From Dehalococcoidia bacterium (lineage in GTDB: Bacteria; Chloroflexota; Dehalococcoidia; SM23-28-2; RBG-16-64-32): 61,873 nt of DNA. How positions within the stretch are numbered: the stretch's first letter is position 1; every line of letters starts with the position of its first letter. The notes below the pieces were generated by a model. The model was not told the DNA's origin. It ran no database searches and was given only the letters and a program-made list of their open reading frames with translations. Below are positions 1-7,710 of the stretch, in pieces. The stretch spans positions 1-61,873 of the forward strand of contig DATKKM010000062.1 of the NCBI GenBank assembly GCA_035542855.1, written 5' to 3'. A program made the position numbers and the translations under genes.

Positions 1-370
1 AAAACTATCAACATTGTGGAAACTTGGCGGCACTTGATCGGTTGTAAGGGTGAAGGACTTTGCATTGATCGGAAGTTGCGAGGTAAGAAAGTGCTCGGTC
101 GCGGTTGGGCATCACCGCGCGACGCGGGGCTCCGCTCGGGGGGCCTGGGGTCGTGACGGAATGGTGTCCGGAAGCGGCTTCACTTCGCATCTTGTCCCGG
201 CGATAGCAGGGTCGCCCGCGTCGGTCACGCACGCCGTCCGGGTCACGGTCCCCGCAATCACAGAGAGAACGTCAGGAGGAACTACGGCCACCACGCCCTG
301 ACGACTCTTCCAGCCAGACGCCGAGGCGCTCACTGCCAGGGACGCGCCAAGGCAATAGAGGGGGGAAACC

Positions 371-1015
371 GTGACTCGCATCGCCATCATTAGCGACCAC
401 TACCTCGCAGGTAGCGGCATCGCTGCACTCTTGCGCCAGCACAGCACTTACGAAGTATTCGGTCCGCCCGCCGCCGAGGAAGAACGGCGTCGCCTGCTCG
501 TCCACTCCCGGCCAGACGTCACGATTCTGCTCTCAACAGCCCGGGGCTCAGAAGTAGTGGACCTCATCGAAGAAGTGAAGGCCGAAGCGCCCGGCACCAG
601 CATCGCGTTCATCAGCCTGCAGGAGGACGAAGAGGCGCTCCTGGCCGCGCTCCGGGCGGGCGCCCGCGGGGCGCTGGGCGCGTCCCTGGACGGCAGCGCC
701 CTCGTCAACAGCGTGGCGGAGTTGGCCGCCGGCGAAATCGTGATCTCGCGCGTGGCCCGGCGGCTCGTCACCGAAGAGCTGGCGCGCGCATCGCTAGGAA
801 ACTCGCGCCAGTCGCTCAGGGTGCTCACCCCGCGTGAGCTGGCCATCCTGCGCCTGATCAGCCGCGGCGAGAGCAACAAAAAGATCGCCCGAGAGTTGTC
901 TATTTCGGAGCATACGGTGCGGGCCCACGTCCGCACCATCATGCGCAAGCTGGAAGTAGCCAACAGGGTCCAGGCCGCGGCGCTGGCGCTGCAAAACGGC
1001 CTGGCCGTCTCTTAG
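371..1015 (+). CDS. LuxR/NarL-family transcriptional regulator with degenerate (pseudo-)receiver domain
   Basis: GTG start preceded by GAGGGGGG. C-terminal LuxR HTH (LTPRELAILRLISRGESNKKIARELSISEHTVRAHVRTIMRKLEV). N-terminal REC-like fold, but the acid pocket reads IISDH and the phospho-acceptor position reads TILLST, with no Asp. Confidence 0.85.
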   Translation: MTRIAIISDHYLAGSGIAALLRQHSTYEVFGPPAAEEERRRLLVHSRPDVTILLSTARGSEVVDLIEEVKAEAPGTSIAFISLQEDEEALLAALRAGARGALGASLDGSALVNSVAELAAGEIVISRVARRLVTEELARASLGNSRQSLRVLTPRELAILRLISRGESNKKIARELSISEHTVRAHVRTIMRKLEVANRVQAAALALQNGLAVS

Positions 1016-1027
1016 AAGAGGTATAGC

Positions 1028-1717
1028 ATGTCGATCCTGGTTGTCGAAGATGACACGGACCTGACGGACGTCCTGGCATATATGCTGCGCCGTGAAGGGC
1101 ACGAGGTCCACGTTGCCCACGACGGCCAGTCAGCCCTTGAGACCTGGGAGGAGAGCAACCCGAACCTGATCCTCCTTGACGTGGACATCCCGCGCGTCAA
1201 CGGCTGGGAAGTCTGCGAGCAGGTCCGCCGGAACTCGCCGACGCCCATCATCATGCTCACCGCCTACCACGGCGACGAGAACATCATGCGCGGCCTGGAG
1301 CTGGGCGCAGACGACTACGTCACGAAGCCGTTCTCCCCCGGTCAGTTGCTGGCCCGCATCCGCGCGGTGATGCGAAGGTCCACGGCCGCCATACAGCAGG
1401 GCGCCGCGGAAAATACACTGACCGTCGCCGACCTGGTGCTGGACGGCGGACGACGGCAGGTCCTGAGGAACGGCCAGAAGGTGAATGTTACGAAACTGGA
1501 GTTCCAGCTGTTGAAGGAATTGGCGCTCCATCCGGGCCACGTTCTCACCTACCGCTACATCAATGACAGGGTCTGGGGATACCGCGATCAGAGTGACGGC
1601 AGCCTCATCAAGGGGCACATCCGGAACCTCCGCAAGAAGCTCGGCGCGGGGCCGTCCGGTGCGCCTTACATCGAGACTGTGCACGGCGTGGGATATATCT
1701 TCCGCCCTGACGCTTGA
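1028..1717 (+). CDS. OmpR/PhoB-family response regulator
   Basis: Canonical REC (VVEDD, LILLDVDIP, MLTA, KPF) followed by a winged-helix trans_reg_C domain (KLEFQLLKEL...IETVHGVGYIF). Confidence 0.9.
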   Translation: MSILVVEDDTDLTDVLAYMLRREGHEVHVAHDGQSALETWEESNPNLILLDVDIPRVNGWEVCEQVRRNSPTPIIMLTAYHGDENIMRGLELGADDYVTKPFSPGQLLARIRAVMRRSTAAIQQGAAENTLTVADLVLDGGRRQVLRNGQKVNVTKLEFQLLKELALHPGHVLTYRYINDRVWGYRDQSDGSLIKGHIRNLRKKLGAGPSGAPYIETVHGVGYIFRPDA

Positions 1718-1810
1718 TCTCTACGGCCTCTGCACTTCGTCTCTACCCGGCTCGCTCCGCTCATCCGATATAAACGGTGTCGGGGGGGTAAAGACTGCGG
1801 GAATTCTTCC

Positions 1811-2788
1811 ATGACTACATCTATCGTTACAGGTGGCGCAGGGTTCATCGGATCGCATCTTTGTGACCGGCTCCTGGAGCTCGACCACCGCGTCGTCTGC
1901 GTCGACAATCTCTGCACCGGGAACCGGCAGAACGTCGCTCATCTGGAGGGCAACGCCCGGTTCACCTTCCGCGAGAGTGACGTCCGCCTACCGCTGCACT
2001 GGACGGAGCCGGTGGACTACATCTTTCACCTGGCCAGCCCGGCCAGCCCCGTCGCTTACTTCCAGATCCCGGTGGAGACGGCCACGGTGAACGCCGTGGG
2101 CACCTGGGAGATGTTGAAGCTGGCCCAGCGGACCGGGGCACGCTTCCTGCTGACATCCACCTCCGAAATCTACGGCGATCCTCTGCAGCACCCCCAGACG
2201 GAAAGCTACTGGGGCAACGTGAGCTCCATCGGCCCGCGCAGCTGCTACGACGAAGGAAAGCGTTTCGCGGAAGCCCTCACCATGTCCTACCACCGCGCCA
2301 ACGGGCTGGATGTGCGGATCGTGCGCATCTTCAACACCTACGGCCCACGCAGCGATCCCAATGACGGACGCATGGTGCCGAACTTCATCAAACAGTCGCT
2401 CCAGGGACGCCCGCTCACCGTCTTCGGCGATGGCAGCCAGACCCGCAGTCTTTGCTACGTGGACGACCTGGTCGATGGGCTGATGGGCGTGATGTTCGCG
2501 GCCTCCGGGAACGGCGAGGCGATCAACCTGGGCAACCCCGACGAGCACACCATCCTGGAGTACGCGGAGCTGATCAAGGAGCTGACCGGCTCCTCATCGG
2601 AGATCGTGATGGAGCCGGCCCGGGAAGAAGAACCGATGCGGCGCAAGCCGGACATTACCAAGGCAAAGGTCAGGCTGGGCTGGGTCCCCGGCACCAACCT
2701 GCGAGAAGGGCTGACCGAGACAGTCAACTGGTTCCGCGCCCTCCTGGCGCAGCCCGGTTCCGTCTCGCTGGCCGGCGGCGTGGAGTGA
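1811..2788 (+). CDS. UDP-glucuronate decarboxylase (UDP-xylose synthase-type SDR)
   Basis: GGAGFIGSHL Rossmann motif, YDEGKRFAE (YxxxK), VRIFNTYGPR and RRKPDITKA blocks typical of UXS / ArnA-C-terminal-type decarboxylases. Confidence 0.8.
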   Translation: MTTSIVTGGAGFIGSHLCDRLLELDHRVVCVDNLCTGNRQNVAHLEGNARFTFRESDVRLPLHWTEPVDYIFHLASPASPVAYFQIPVETATVNAVGTWEMLKLAQRTGARFLLTSTSEIYGDPLQHPQTESYWGNVSSIGPRSCYDEGKRFAEALTMSYHRANGLDVRIVRIFNTYGPRSDPNDGRMVPNFIKQSLQGRPLTVFGDGSQTRSLCYVDDLVDGLMGVMFAASGNGEAINLGNPDEHTILEYAELIKELTGSSSEIVMEPAREEEPMRRKPDITKAKVRLGWVPGTNLREGLTETVNWFRALLAQPGSVSLAGGVE

Positions 2789-2795
2789 TCGTGCT

Positions 2796-3479
2796 ATGAA
2801 GATGCTACTGGTTGAAGACGATGCGGACCTGATGGACGTGCTGACCTTCGCGCTGCGGCGCAAAGGCCACTCCATCATCGCGGCCACGGACGGCCAGCAA
2901 GGGCTGGAACGCTGGAAGACGGAACGCCCGTCCCTGGTGATCGCCGACGTCAACCTGCCGCGCATGGGCGGGCTGGAGCTCTGCCGCCGCATCCGCGAAA
3001 CCTCCAGCGTGCCGGTCATCCTGATGAGCGGCTCCGTCGGCGAGCAAGACATCATCCGCGGGCTGGAAGTCGGCGCCGACGAGTACGTGACGAAGCCATT
3101 CAGCGTGACGCAGCTGACCCTGCGCATCGATGCGATGAACCGCCGCGTGCGGGCCGCCGCCACCGGCGACTTCGAAGGAAACATCAACGTCGGCGACCTG
3201 ATTGTCAACCCGGAGTTCTGCTCCGTCCACCGGGACGGTCGCGAAGTGCGGCTGACCCGGATGGAGTTTCGCATCCTCTATTGCCTGGCCGCCAACGCCG
3301 GCCGGGTGGTGGTAACCAGCCGCCTGGCGGACTTCGCCTGGCAGGGCGTCGCTGAAGGCGATCCGGCGCTCCTGAAGACGCATATCTCGCGCATCCGCCG
3401 CAAGCTGGCGCTTTCGCCGGACCAGCCGGGGTTCATCCGCTCCGTGCCGGGGCTGGGCTACTCGCTGGCCGTCGCGTAA
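2796..3479 (+). CDS. OmpR/PhoB-family response regulator (paralog of 1028-1717)
   Basis: REC (LLVEDD, LVIADVNLP, KPF) plus winged helix (RMEFRILYCL...VPGLGYSL). Confidence 0.9.
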   Translation: MKMLLVEDDADLMDVLTFALRRKGHSIIAATDGQQGLERWKTERPSLVIADVNLPRMGGLELCRRIRETSSVPVILMSGSVGEQDIIRGLEVGADEYVTKPFSVTQLTLRIDAMNRRVRAAATGDFEGNINVGDLIVNPEFCSVHRDGREVRLTRMEFRILYCLAANAGRVVVTSRLADFAWQGVAEGDPALLKTHISRIRRKLALSPDQPGFIRSVPGLGYSLAVA

Positions 3480-3519
3480 CGCCGATTTAATCGCCGCCCG
3501 ACGGATTCTGCACAAGTAG

Positions 3520-3536
3520 TCAACCTGACCTTGAGG
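3520..3536 (+). promoter_or_regulatory. TCAACCTGACC motif upstream of ugd
   Basis: agTCAACCTGACCttgagg, 75 nt upstream of the ugd ATG. The 11-mer is identical to the unit at 43105-43115 (minus-strand sense). Confidence 0.45.
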
Positions 3537-3594
3537 CCTGCCGCCTAGCATCGTTGGCAAGAACGCCACCGAAGTAGGGGGTAAACCTGGCCCA

Positions 3595-4950
3595 ATGGCA
3601 GAGATTGCGGTAGTTGGCGCGGGGTACGTAGGCCTCGTCACGGGCGCGTGCTGGGCTCACCTGGGCCACAACGTCACCTTCCTGGACATCGACAAAGAGA
3701 AGGTCGCCAGGCTGCGCCGGGGCATCGTCCCGATCTATGAGCCCGGCCTGGCCGAGATGATCGCCGAGAGAGCGCGCGACGGTCGCGTCTCCTTCACCAC
3801 CGACCCAGAAGAGGCGATCCCCGGCCGCGAGTTCATCTTCGTGGCTGTCCACACGCCCAGCGCTTCCAACGGCAACACGGACCTGATGGCCTTCCTCAAC
3901 GCTATCCACGCCATGGCGCTGCTCGTGTCTCCGGGGGCGATCATCGTCCAGAAGAGCACCGCGCCCATCGGTACCGCCGAATTCGTCGAAGAGCTGATGA
4001 ACAAGCGCAACCCCCAGGCCGGGGTGAAGGTCGTCGCCAACCCGGAGTTCCTCCGCGAAGGCACCGCCATCCAGGACTTCCTGAACCCGGAGCGCATCGT
4101 GCTTGGCAGCGCACACAAGGCCGCTGCGGACCGCGTTGCCGGGCTCTACAGCTTCGCCGGCCGCCCCGTCATCGTCACGGACTGCAGCACGGCCGAGATG
4201 ATCAAGTACGCATCGAACGCCTTCCTGGCCACCAAGATCTCCTTCATGAACGAGATCGCACAGCTCTGCGACGCCGCCAACCTGGACGTCCGCAAGGTGG
4301 CCGAAGGGATGGGCTACGACCGGCGCATCGGGCACAAGTTCCTGGGCGCCGGACTGGGCTGGGGCGGCAGCTGCCTCCCGAAGGACGTCAAGGCCCTTGT
4401 CCACATGGCCAACGGCTGCGAAGTCACGCCCAGCATCCTGGAGGCCGTGCAGCGGGTTAACGCCACGCAGCGCAGCCACGCCATCCGCAAGCTGGACAGC
4501 CTGCTGGGCGGGCTGGAAGGCGCCGTCGTCGGTCTGCTGGGGCTCGCCTTCAAGCCGGGCACGGACGACCTGCGCTCCGCGCCTTCCATCGACATCGCGG
4601 AGTCGCTGGTGGCGATGGGCGCCCTTCCCCGTGCATACGACCCGGTGGCGATGGATGCGGCGCGCAACCTGCTGCCCGGCGTAGCCTTCACGAAAGACGC
4701 TTACGAACTGGCCGAAGGCGCAGACGCCCTCGTGCTGATCACGGAATGGCCCGAGTTCCGCGATATCGACATGACCGTGATACGAGAGCGCATGCGGCGC
4801 CCCGTGCTCCTTGACGGGCGCAACTTCTGGGACGGCGAGGCGATGAGCCGGCTCGGCTTTACGTACCAGGGCTTCGGGGTGCCCAGCTCGGCCAACGGCA
4901 ACCACCGCGCCATCACCTCCATCGCCGAGGCAATGGGGATGTACCCGTAG
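3595..4950 (+). CDS. ugd: UDP-glucose 6-dehydrogenase
   Basis: VGAGYVGL NAD fold, catalytic-Cys block GWGGSCLPKDV, and AFKPGTDDLRSAP C-terminal domain. Confidence 0.92.
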   Translation: MAEIAVVGAGYVGLVTGACWAHLGHNVTFLDIDKEKVARLRRGIVPIYEPGLAEMIAERARDGRVSFTTDPEEAIPGREFIFVAVHTPSASNGNTDLMAFLNAIHAMALLVSPGAIIVQKSTAPIGTAEFVEELMNKRNPQAGVKVVANPEFLREGTAIQDFLNPERIVLGSAHKAAADRVAGLYSFAGRPVIVTDCSTAEMIKYASNAFLATKISFMNEIAQLCDAANLDVRKVAEGMGYDRRIGHKFLGAGLGWGGSCLPKDVKALVHMANGCEVTPSILEAVQRVNATQRSHAIRKLDSLLGGLEGAVVGLLGLAFKPGTDDLRSAPSIDIAESLVAMGALPRAYDPVAMDAARNLLPGVAFTKDAYELAEGADALVLITEWPEFRDIDMTVIRERMRRPVLLDGRNFWDGEAMSRLGFTYQGFGVPSSANGNHRAITSIAEAMGMYP

Positions 4951-5636
4951 TGAAAGCCCAGGAGATCGGCCCAGCCACGCTCGTTGGCTCGCAGCCCGTT
5001 GCTACGCCGTGGCCGCGGCCGCAAGTCCGGGGAGGGTTACGCCGCCCGGCCAAGCGGGCCATGGACCTGGCCTTGGCGCTCACGCTGCTGCTGATTAGCA
5101 TGCCGCTCATGATCGCCATCGCCATCGCTGTCAAAGTCACGTCCCCGGGGCCGGCGCTCTTCCGCCAGCTGCGCGTCGGCGAAGGGGGGCGGTTCTTCAT
5201 CAGCTACAAGTTCCGGTCGATGTACGTCGATGCGGAAGCGCGCCAGGACGAAGTTGCGCATCTCAACGAGGTTGGCGGGCCCATCTTCAAGACCCGCAGT
5301 GACCCGCGAATGACGCCGCTGGGGCGCTGGCTGCGCAAGACCAGCCTGGACGAGCTGCCGCAGCTCTTCAATGTGGTGCGCGGCGAGATGAGCATGGTCG
5401 GGCCGCGCCCCGGCCTGATGCGGGAGGTCCTGGGCTACGAGGCCTGGCAGTTGGAGAGGCTGACCGTGAAGCCGGGCCTGACCGGGCTCTGGCAGGTCAG
5501 CGGCCGCAGCGACCTGCCCTTCGAAGAGATGATCCGGTTGGACCAGGAGTACATCCGTAACTGGTCCCTCCGCGGCGACGTCTGGCTTCTCCTGCGCACG
5601 CTTCCCGCGGTGCTCTCAACCAGAGGCGCCTACTAG
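4950..5636 (+). CDS. Undecaprenyl-phosphate sugar phosphotransferase (bacterial sugar transferase family, initiating PGT)
   Basis: One TM helix, then SPGPALFRQLRVGEGGRFFISYKFRSM and DELPQLFNVVRGEMSMVGPRP. The GTG start overlaps the ugd stop (TAGTG). The start is uncertain. Confidence 0.85.
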   Translation: MKAQEIGPATLVGSQPVATPWPRPQVRGGLRRPAKRAMDLALALTLLLISMPLMIAIAIAVKVTSPGPALFRQLRVGEGGRFFISYKFRSMYVDAEARQDEVAHLNEVGGPIFKTRSDPRMTPLGRWLRKTSLDELPQLFNVVRGEMSMVGPRPGLMREVLGYEAWQLERLTVKPGLTGLWQVSGRSDLPFEEMIRLDQEYIRNWSLRGDVWLLLRTLPAVLSTRGAY

Positions 5637-5651
5637 CCCACCGACGCTTCT

Positions 5652-5679
5652 TCAACCGTCGCTCAACCTCCGCGCAACG
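5652..5679 (+). promoter_or_regulatory. Three direct hexamer repeats at 11-bp period upstream of wzz-like gene
   Basis: TCAACCgtcgcTCAACCtccgcGCAACG, at -74/-63/-52 from ATG 5726. Confidence 0.5.
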
Positions 5680-5725
5680 TCTCCTTGGCATTGTAGATAG
5701 GTACAAAAGAGGCAATTCTCCCGAC

Positions 5726-6736
5726 ATGTCTTACAAAGCGCTAGACACCTTATTCCGTCACAAGTTTCTGGTCATCCTGCCGCTGGTGGTGCTGATTACC
5801 GCCGGCCTGGCCGGATCCGCCCTGCGCTCCAGCCATGTCTACAGCTCCACAACACGGGCCTGGGCGCAGAGCACGCCGTTCCTGCAGTCCAGCCTGGCGC
5901 CGGACAACCCCTACCTCACGCCGGCCCAGGCCCAGGCCCAGACCTACGGCGACCTCCTCAAGCTGGACTCTTTCGTGCTGGACGTGGCCAGCCGGGTCGA
6001 CGGCCTGAAGAATCAGCCGTCTGCGGTGCAGGCCGGCGAGGTGCGCAGTCGCACATACATCACGCCGGAAGGGGTGAACGTCCTTTCGATCACCCACCAG
6101 AGCGCCGACCCCGCCCTCACGAAGTCGGTAGTCGAGGCGATCATCGCCGCATACGCCGATTACTACAAGACAGACGTCGTCGCCCAGGGCGACGCTGCGA
6201 TCGCCTTCTACCAGGCCCGGCTCGACACGGCCAACCAGGAGCTGACGCAGCGGGAGAAGGACGTCGCTGACTACCAGGCGACTCTGAACAACCCAATCGA
6301 CAGCGAGTCCGGCACGACCGATCCCAAGCTGGCGGAGCTGCAGAGCCTTGCTTCCACCGCCAGGGACGACTACAACAACCTGCTGGACAAGATCGATGAG
6401 ATCAACATCCAGAAGGAAGCCGCTGTCACAGGCAAGGACATCGGCTTCCGCGTGCAGGACGAAGCTAAGCTGCCGACATCCCCGCTGCCGACAAGCATGA
6501 AGGACGTCCTTCTTCTGCCCATGCTCGGCCTGCTCTTGGGGATCTCGGCCAGCGGCCTCCTTCTCTTCGCGCTCATCCGGCTCGACGACCGCATTCGCCT
6601 CCCGGAAGAAGTGCGGGCGATGGGCCTGCCGGTTGTGGGGCTGCCTGACATCTCGAAGAGGCAGCGCTCGTGGCCCCAGCACTTCGTTCGCCTTACCGTC
6701 ATGGTCTCTCGTGGGCTCTTGGGCGGATCATCGTAA
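5726..6736 (+). CDS. Wzz/PCP-type polysaccharide chain-length determinant (no fused kinase)
   Basis: N-terminal TM (FLVILPLVVLITAGLAG), long coiled-coil-like periplasmic region, second TM (LLLPMLGLLLGISASGLLLFALI). Confidence 0.7.
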   Translation: MSYKALDTLFRHKFLVILPLVVLITAGLAGSALRSSHVYSSTTRAWAQSTPFLQSSLAPDNPYLTPAQAQAQTYGDLLKLDSFVLDVASRVDGLKNQPSAVQAGEVRSRTYITPEGVNVLSITHQSADPALTKSVVEAIIAAYADYYKTDVVAQGDAAIAFYQARLDTANQELTQREKDVADYQATLNNPIDSESGTTDPKLAELQSLASTARDDYNNLLDKIDEINIQKEAAVTGKDIGFRVQDEAKLPTSPLPTSMKDVLLLPMLGLLLGISASGLLLFALIRLDDRIRLPEEVRAMGLPVVGLPDISKRQRSWPQHFVRLTVMVSRGLLGGSS

Positions 6737-6746
6737 AGGGGAAGCC

Positions 6747-7553
6747 ATGCTTAACGGTCTAAGGGCAGCGACGTTCGCCGCACGCAAGCGGAAGATGCCG
6801 GAAGGCGCCAGCTCAGAGGCGGCCGCCGCTGAGCTGCACACTCTGGCGGTCAAGGCGATCGAGCGCAACGAGACGTTCTACCTGCTGGATAGCATCCTGG
6901 CCGGCCTGGCCAGGGACTGCCCCGGCGGCGCCGGCCCGGAGCCGGGCAAGATACACGCCGTCTGCAGCATCGACCGCGGCGAGGGCAAGAGCACTATCTC
7001 ACTGGCCCTGGCCACGGCTCTCGCTCACCGCGGCGAGGGCGACGTGCTGCTCGTTGAAGCAGACCTGCGCAGCCCGACGCTGGCGGCGGACCTGGGCCGC
7101 TGGGACAAGCCCGGCCTGGAGGACTTCCTTCGCCAGCGGATCCCGCTTGAGAATGCCATCCAGCAGACGCCGGTGGACCGGCTGCGCATCGTCACCGCCA
7201 GCGCCAGCCAGCCATCGGCTCAGAAATTCCCGCTGCGCCTAACAGCCGACGAACCCGCTCACCTGTTGGGCCAGCCCTTCCTCCGCCAGGCCCTGGAAGG
7301 CCTGCGCTCCAGCTATTCGACAATCATCATCGACCTGCCGGCTCTCTCCGGTGGCGAGGCGATTCCCCTGATCGACCTGCTGGACGGCGTCGTCCTGGTG
7401 ATCAAGGCCGGCCAGACGTCAAAGGAGAGAATGGAGCGCGCGGTAAGCCTCATCGGCCGCGAGAAGCTGGTTGGGGTGGTGCTGAACAACGTCCGCCATT
7501 CCGCGCCCTGGTGGCTGCGGCGCATCCTGTCCGAAGACGGAGAGTCCGCCTGA
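6747..7553 (+). CDS. BY-kinase-like / CapB-type P-loop ATPase lacking a C-terminal tyrosine cluster
   Basis: ATG at 6747 with AAAGGGGA upstream. Walker A DRGEGKST, Walker A' LLVEADLRSP, Walker B IIIDLP. There is no Tyr in the last ~30 residues. Confidence 0.7.
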   Translation: MLNGLRAATFAARKRKMPEGASSEAAAAELHTLAVKAIERNETFYLLDSILAGLARDCPGGAGPEPGKIHAVCSIDRGEGKSTISLALATALAHRGEGDVLLVEADLRSPTLAADLGRWDKPGLEDFLRQRIPLENAIQQTPVDRLRIVTASASQPSAQKFPLRLTADEPAHLLGQPFLRQALEGLRSSYSTIIIDLPALSGGEAIPLIDLLDGVVLVIKAGQTSKERMERAVSLIGREKLVGVVLNNVRHSAPWWLRRILSEDGESA

Positions 7554-7563
7554 AGGTGGGACC

Positions 7564-7710
7564 GTGGAACTTGTCCTGCTGTTCCTCCTGGGCGTTGCCG
7601 TAGCCGGACTCTACACCTCGTATAGCAACCGGCGCACGTATGTGATCACCCTGGCCGGCGCGTCAGTTGTTGCGCTGGCCTTCCTCCAGTTCTACGGCCT
7701 GATGCAATGA
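7564..7710 (+). CDS. Small two-TM membrane protein (48 aa), not in the ORF track
   Basis: Hand translation: VELVLLFLLGVAVAGLYTSYSNRRTYVITLAGASVVALAFLQFYGLMQ*. AGGTGGG lies upstream. Its stop overlaps the next start (ATGA at 7707-7710). Confidence 0.45.
   Translation: MELVLLFLLGVAVAGLYTSYSNRRTYVITLAGASVVALAFLQFYGLMQ

Noticed and set aside
1-370. Short ORFs (8-232 minus, 50-301 plus, 112-390 minus) and a TTGATCGG duplicate (34-41, 64-71) at the window edge.
   Set aside because: The ORFs overlap one another and have no motifs. An 8-mer duplicate is within chance expectation. The region is treated as the upstream/promoter region of the LuxR-type gene, or the end of an unseen gene.
3520-4905. 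461-aa minus-strand ORF antisense to ugd. Similar long antisense or alternate-frame ORFs: 1988-2548, 2805-3641, 5750-6682, 10278-11249, 11117-12301, 17950-19374, 18327-19403, 24528-25829, 27252-28577, 29328-30569, 31122-32561, 41548-43053.
   Set aside because: These are typical stop-codon-poor shadow ORFs of high-GC DNA. Their products are Arg/Ala/Gly/Pro-rich low-complexity strings with no motifs, and each fully overlaps a gene with clear family signatures.
5652-5679. Reading TCAACC as the -35 box of an ECF-sigma promoter paired with the downstream CGTC.
   Set aside because: Spacing from either TCAACC to CGTC is about 20 nt or 9 nt, not the 16-17 nt expected. The 11-bp phased repetition fits a response-regulator site better. 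This alternative cannot be fully excluded without transcription-start mapping.
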